Assembly (NCBI GenBank): GCA_053919585.1
Contig: CM132793.1
DNA from: Euprymna scolopes
Taxonomy: Eukaryota
DNA: 64,000 bases
Strand: one strand, 5' to 3'
In this document: positions 61,801 to 64,000 of the stretch, one piece after another
How the letters are laid out: each line of letters begins with the position of its first letter
Position numbering within the stretch: position 1 is the stretch's first letter
The notes under the pieces: generated by a model
What the model was told of the DNA's origin: nothing
The model's input: the letters and a program-made list of their open reading frames with translations, nothing else
The model's database searches: none
Translations under genes and position numbers: made by a program

Positions 61801-62738
61801 ATTTTTCCCTCAAGAGAATATTGCCATCATAGTGTAATGAAAACAAGCTCTGGTACTAGGGCACTTATTGATCCGTGCTGAAATAATAACCTTATTATTT
61901 AAAAAAGCCATTCTTAACATGTGGAGGGGAGGGTGTTTTGTACATATTCTGTACTTTAACCTTAAAATTGAATAAAAAAATATCATAAAGCTTTTAATTA
62001 AACTTGGAAATACGATTTAAAAAAATAGCGCGGATCAGTAAGTGTATTAGCACCCAAGCTCTTACTGGTCGTGTAGTTCAATTTTCGTAGGGTGAACCTA
62101 TCTTAGAAAATTTCTACTACGACCACGCATTCGACTGCGATTGCTTCAAGAAGTTTTTGTTTACAGAATAAGTCTCTTTGTTTTAGCTGTTGTGTAAGTT
62201 CTCTTAGTTTTCTGTTTGTTCTGACACTACATCCACGGATTTATTTTTGACATAGATGGTAGGGGCTGTCCATTACCTGCACTCAACTCTTGATAGGATG
62301 CTGTTTTTTAAAAAAAGTTTTTCAAGCTCCACATTATTTTTCACTAATGAGACGAACGGTACATTTGTTGTATTATTGGCTGTCATAAATTGGGGCTACA
62401 TATTAAAAAATGACGAACATTAATATTGGGGACACATTAACGGGGACTTATATAACAGGGTATACTGATGGTGATGACAATTCTTATGGAAGACATTTAT
62501 ACAGTTCTTATATGTTTTGGAGACTGGGTATTAACAGTTCTTATATTACCGATATTAGAATGATAATGACATTTACATATATTACATCATGACGACGACC
62601 ATGTGAATTTTAGGAGGTTTCATATTAAATACGGAGTGAGTGATATATGATGCAGTTCTTAACACAGGAGAGGGGAGATACATAATCTTCGAAGGGTTAC
62701 AAAATGTTCATTATAAGATGATAAACACAATTACCTTT

Positions 62739-63312
62739 TGTTCGTGATGAAGGATGACACAAAACAACAGTTACAACATAATGATGACTTCTTTATTCAT
62801 CGGATCGGCCGGTCGATGACGTCAGGAATTCCGCTTGTATCTAGGTGGTTAATCTTCTGCACCTCACTTCTAAGGGACTCTCCTCTCCAACTGACTGTCA
62901 ACTTTTGGCTGATAAACTGACTCTCTGACTGACTCTCTCTGGCTGACCGACTTATATCCTAACCCATAGAATCCTATATGGAGAAATGCCCTTTTTCTAT
63001 GACGTAATAAGTGTGTTTTCAAACGTGACTTAATTGCACGTGTCTTTTCATAAGTTGGTCGAAACACACTTCTGGCAAACAAAAGGATCCTAACCTATTT
63101 TTTAAGCAATATATTCTTAATTTGCATTGTCTACTCTTTTAATTGACATTTTAATATTCGGATTTTTAAAAGAATCGGACAATAGACCTAATTTCTAACA
63201 TTCCATTTCTTAACCTAGCCTACAGGGTTCGAATCTTATGCTAATCTTATTTTCACTTATCTAATATTCTTCATATTTACATGGAAAGGGGGCAGCCCTT
63301 TTCCATGTAACA
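62739..63312 (-). mobile_element. Possible solo LTR
   Basis: TGTT...TAACA ends, minus-strand AATAAA near the left end, terminal palindrome TTACATGGAAAGGG/CCCTTTTCCATGTAA, flanks CCTTT/CATTT. Confidence 0.3.
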
Positions 63313-64000
63313 CATTTATTTTTTTCTTGAATACTTTTTGTTTATTCTCCTTGAGTTCGAATCTGATTAATATGTTTGTACATTTTCCAAAATCGTCTAA
63401 GAAAACTTCAGAGAATTTTTCTTTTACTTCTGACTAGATATACCTTCTTAGTCCGTAGAGTTTCGACTTTTTGACAACATGCATTAATAGACAAGTCACA
63501 CAAATTGAATTGTTGCATAAAAAATATATCATGTTTCTTAACACGAAAAGTTAGTTTCTGAGTCTACCATTGAATGTAACATTAGTGATCAATTCACCTC
63601 AAAAATTTATTTTAAACTCAGTCACCGTTCTTGCTGTTTTGCAAAACTTTAGCATGGTAGGTATATTTAATATCCTAAGTCTGATTTTGAATCTAACTGA
63701 AATTTCGTCTTTTTAAAAAAATGTTTCTGCCAGTACATATTGATTACATATAGTTTTCATCTTTTTCGTTTGTTCTGGTGTATCGTACCTGACTTTTAAT
63801 TGTTTCTTTTGCTCTACAATCAGAACTTACATGTCCAATTCTGGCACAAGTAACGTCAGTTTGTGTGTGGCATGAGCATTCTTTAACCCAATGCTAGGAA
63901 CCGCATAGATAATATAGACTATGTGGTAACTTATTTTAACTTTTACTAAATTGTCTCTTTTGTCTGCAATTACCTTTTTTAAAAAAACATTCTGGATATT

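Noticed and set aside
59000-62400. Host gene exons or promoter
   Set aside because: No ORF with recognisable homology. Small exons cannot be excluded without RNA-seq.

Overview
AT-rich, repeat-dense animal (invertebrate) genomic DNA with five N-gaps. No host protein-coding gene could be supported. Microsatellite density, the invertebrate U2 variant GATCAAAGTGTAG and one recognisable repeat suggest a mollusc or cephalopod, but this is tentative. The main feature is a near-full-length Tx1/L1-clade non-LTR retrotransposon on the minus strand (about 1042-8608). It has an ORF1 with RRM-like and CCHC motifs and an ORF2 with APE, RT and CCHC domains, broken by four single-base frameshifts and no internal stops. 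It is flanked by a 24-bp duplication of U2 snRNA sequence containing the branch-point-pairing motif GTAGTA. Downstream on the minus strand is a stacked array of ~190-bp structured units joined by the U2 8-mer ATCTGTTC. The same unit occurs dispersed at ~46.4 kb (U2-derived head, probable TSD) and ~48.2 kb (7-bp TSD, empty site visible in the sister LTR), and it shares a 17-nt tail motif with the LINE. I interpret this as a candidate U2-headed SINE paired with a U2-targeting Tx1 LINE. The window also holds about 16 type I hammerhead-ribozyme motifs from several Penelope-like/retrozyme families, many in palindromic pairs. One 348-bp tandem unit combines a tRNA-like Pol III promoter with a hammerhead. 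The rest is decayed TEs (DD37E Tc1, maT-like mariner, pogo-like, Gypsy, CR1/L2-group, R4-like LINE, non-autonomous Helitrons, MITEs), a 5S-derived fragment and minisatellites.
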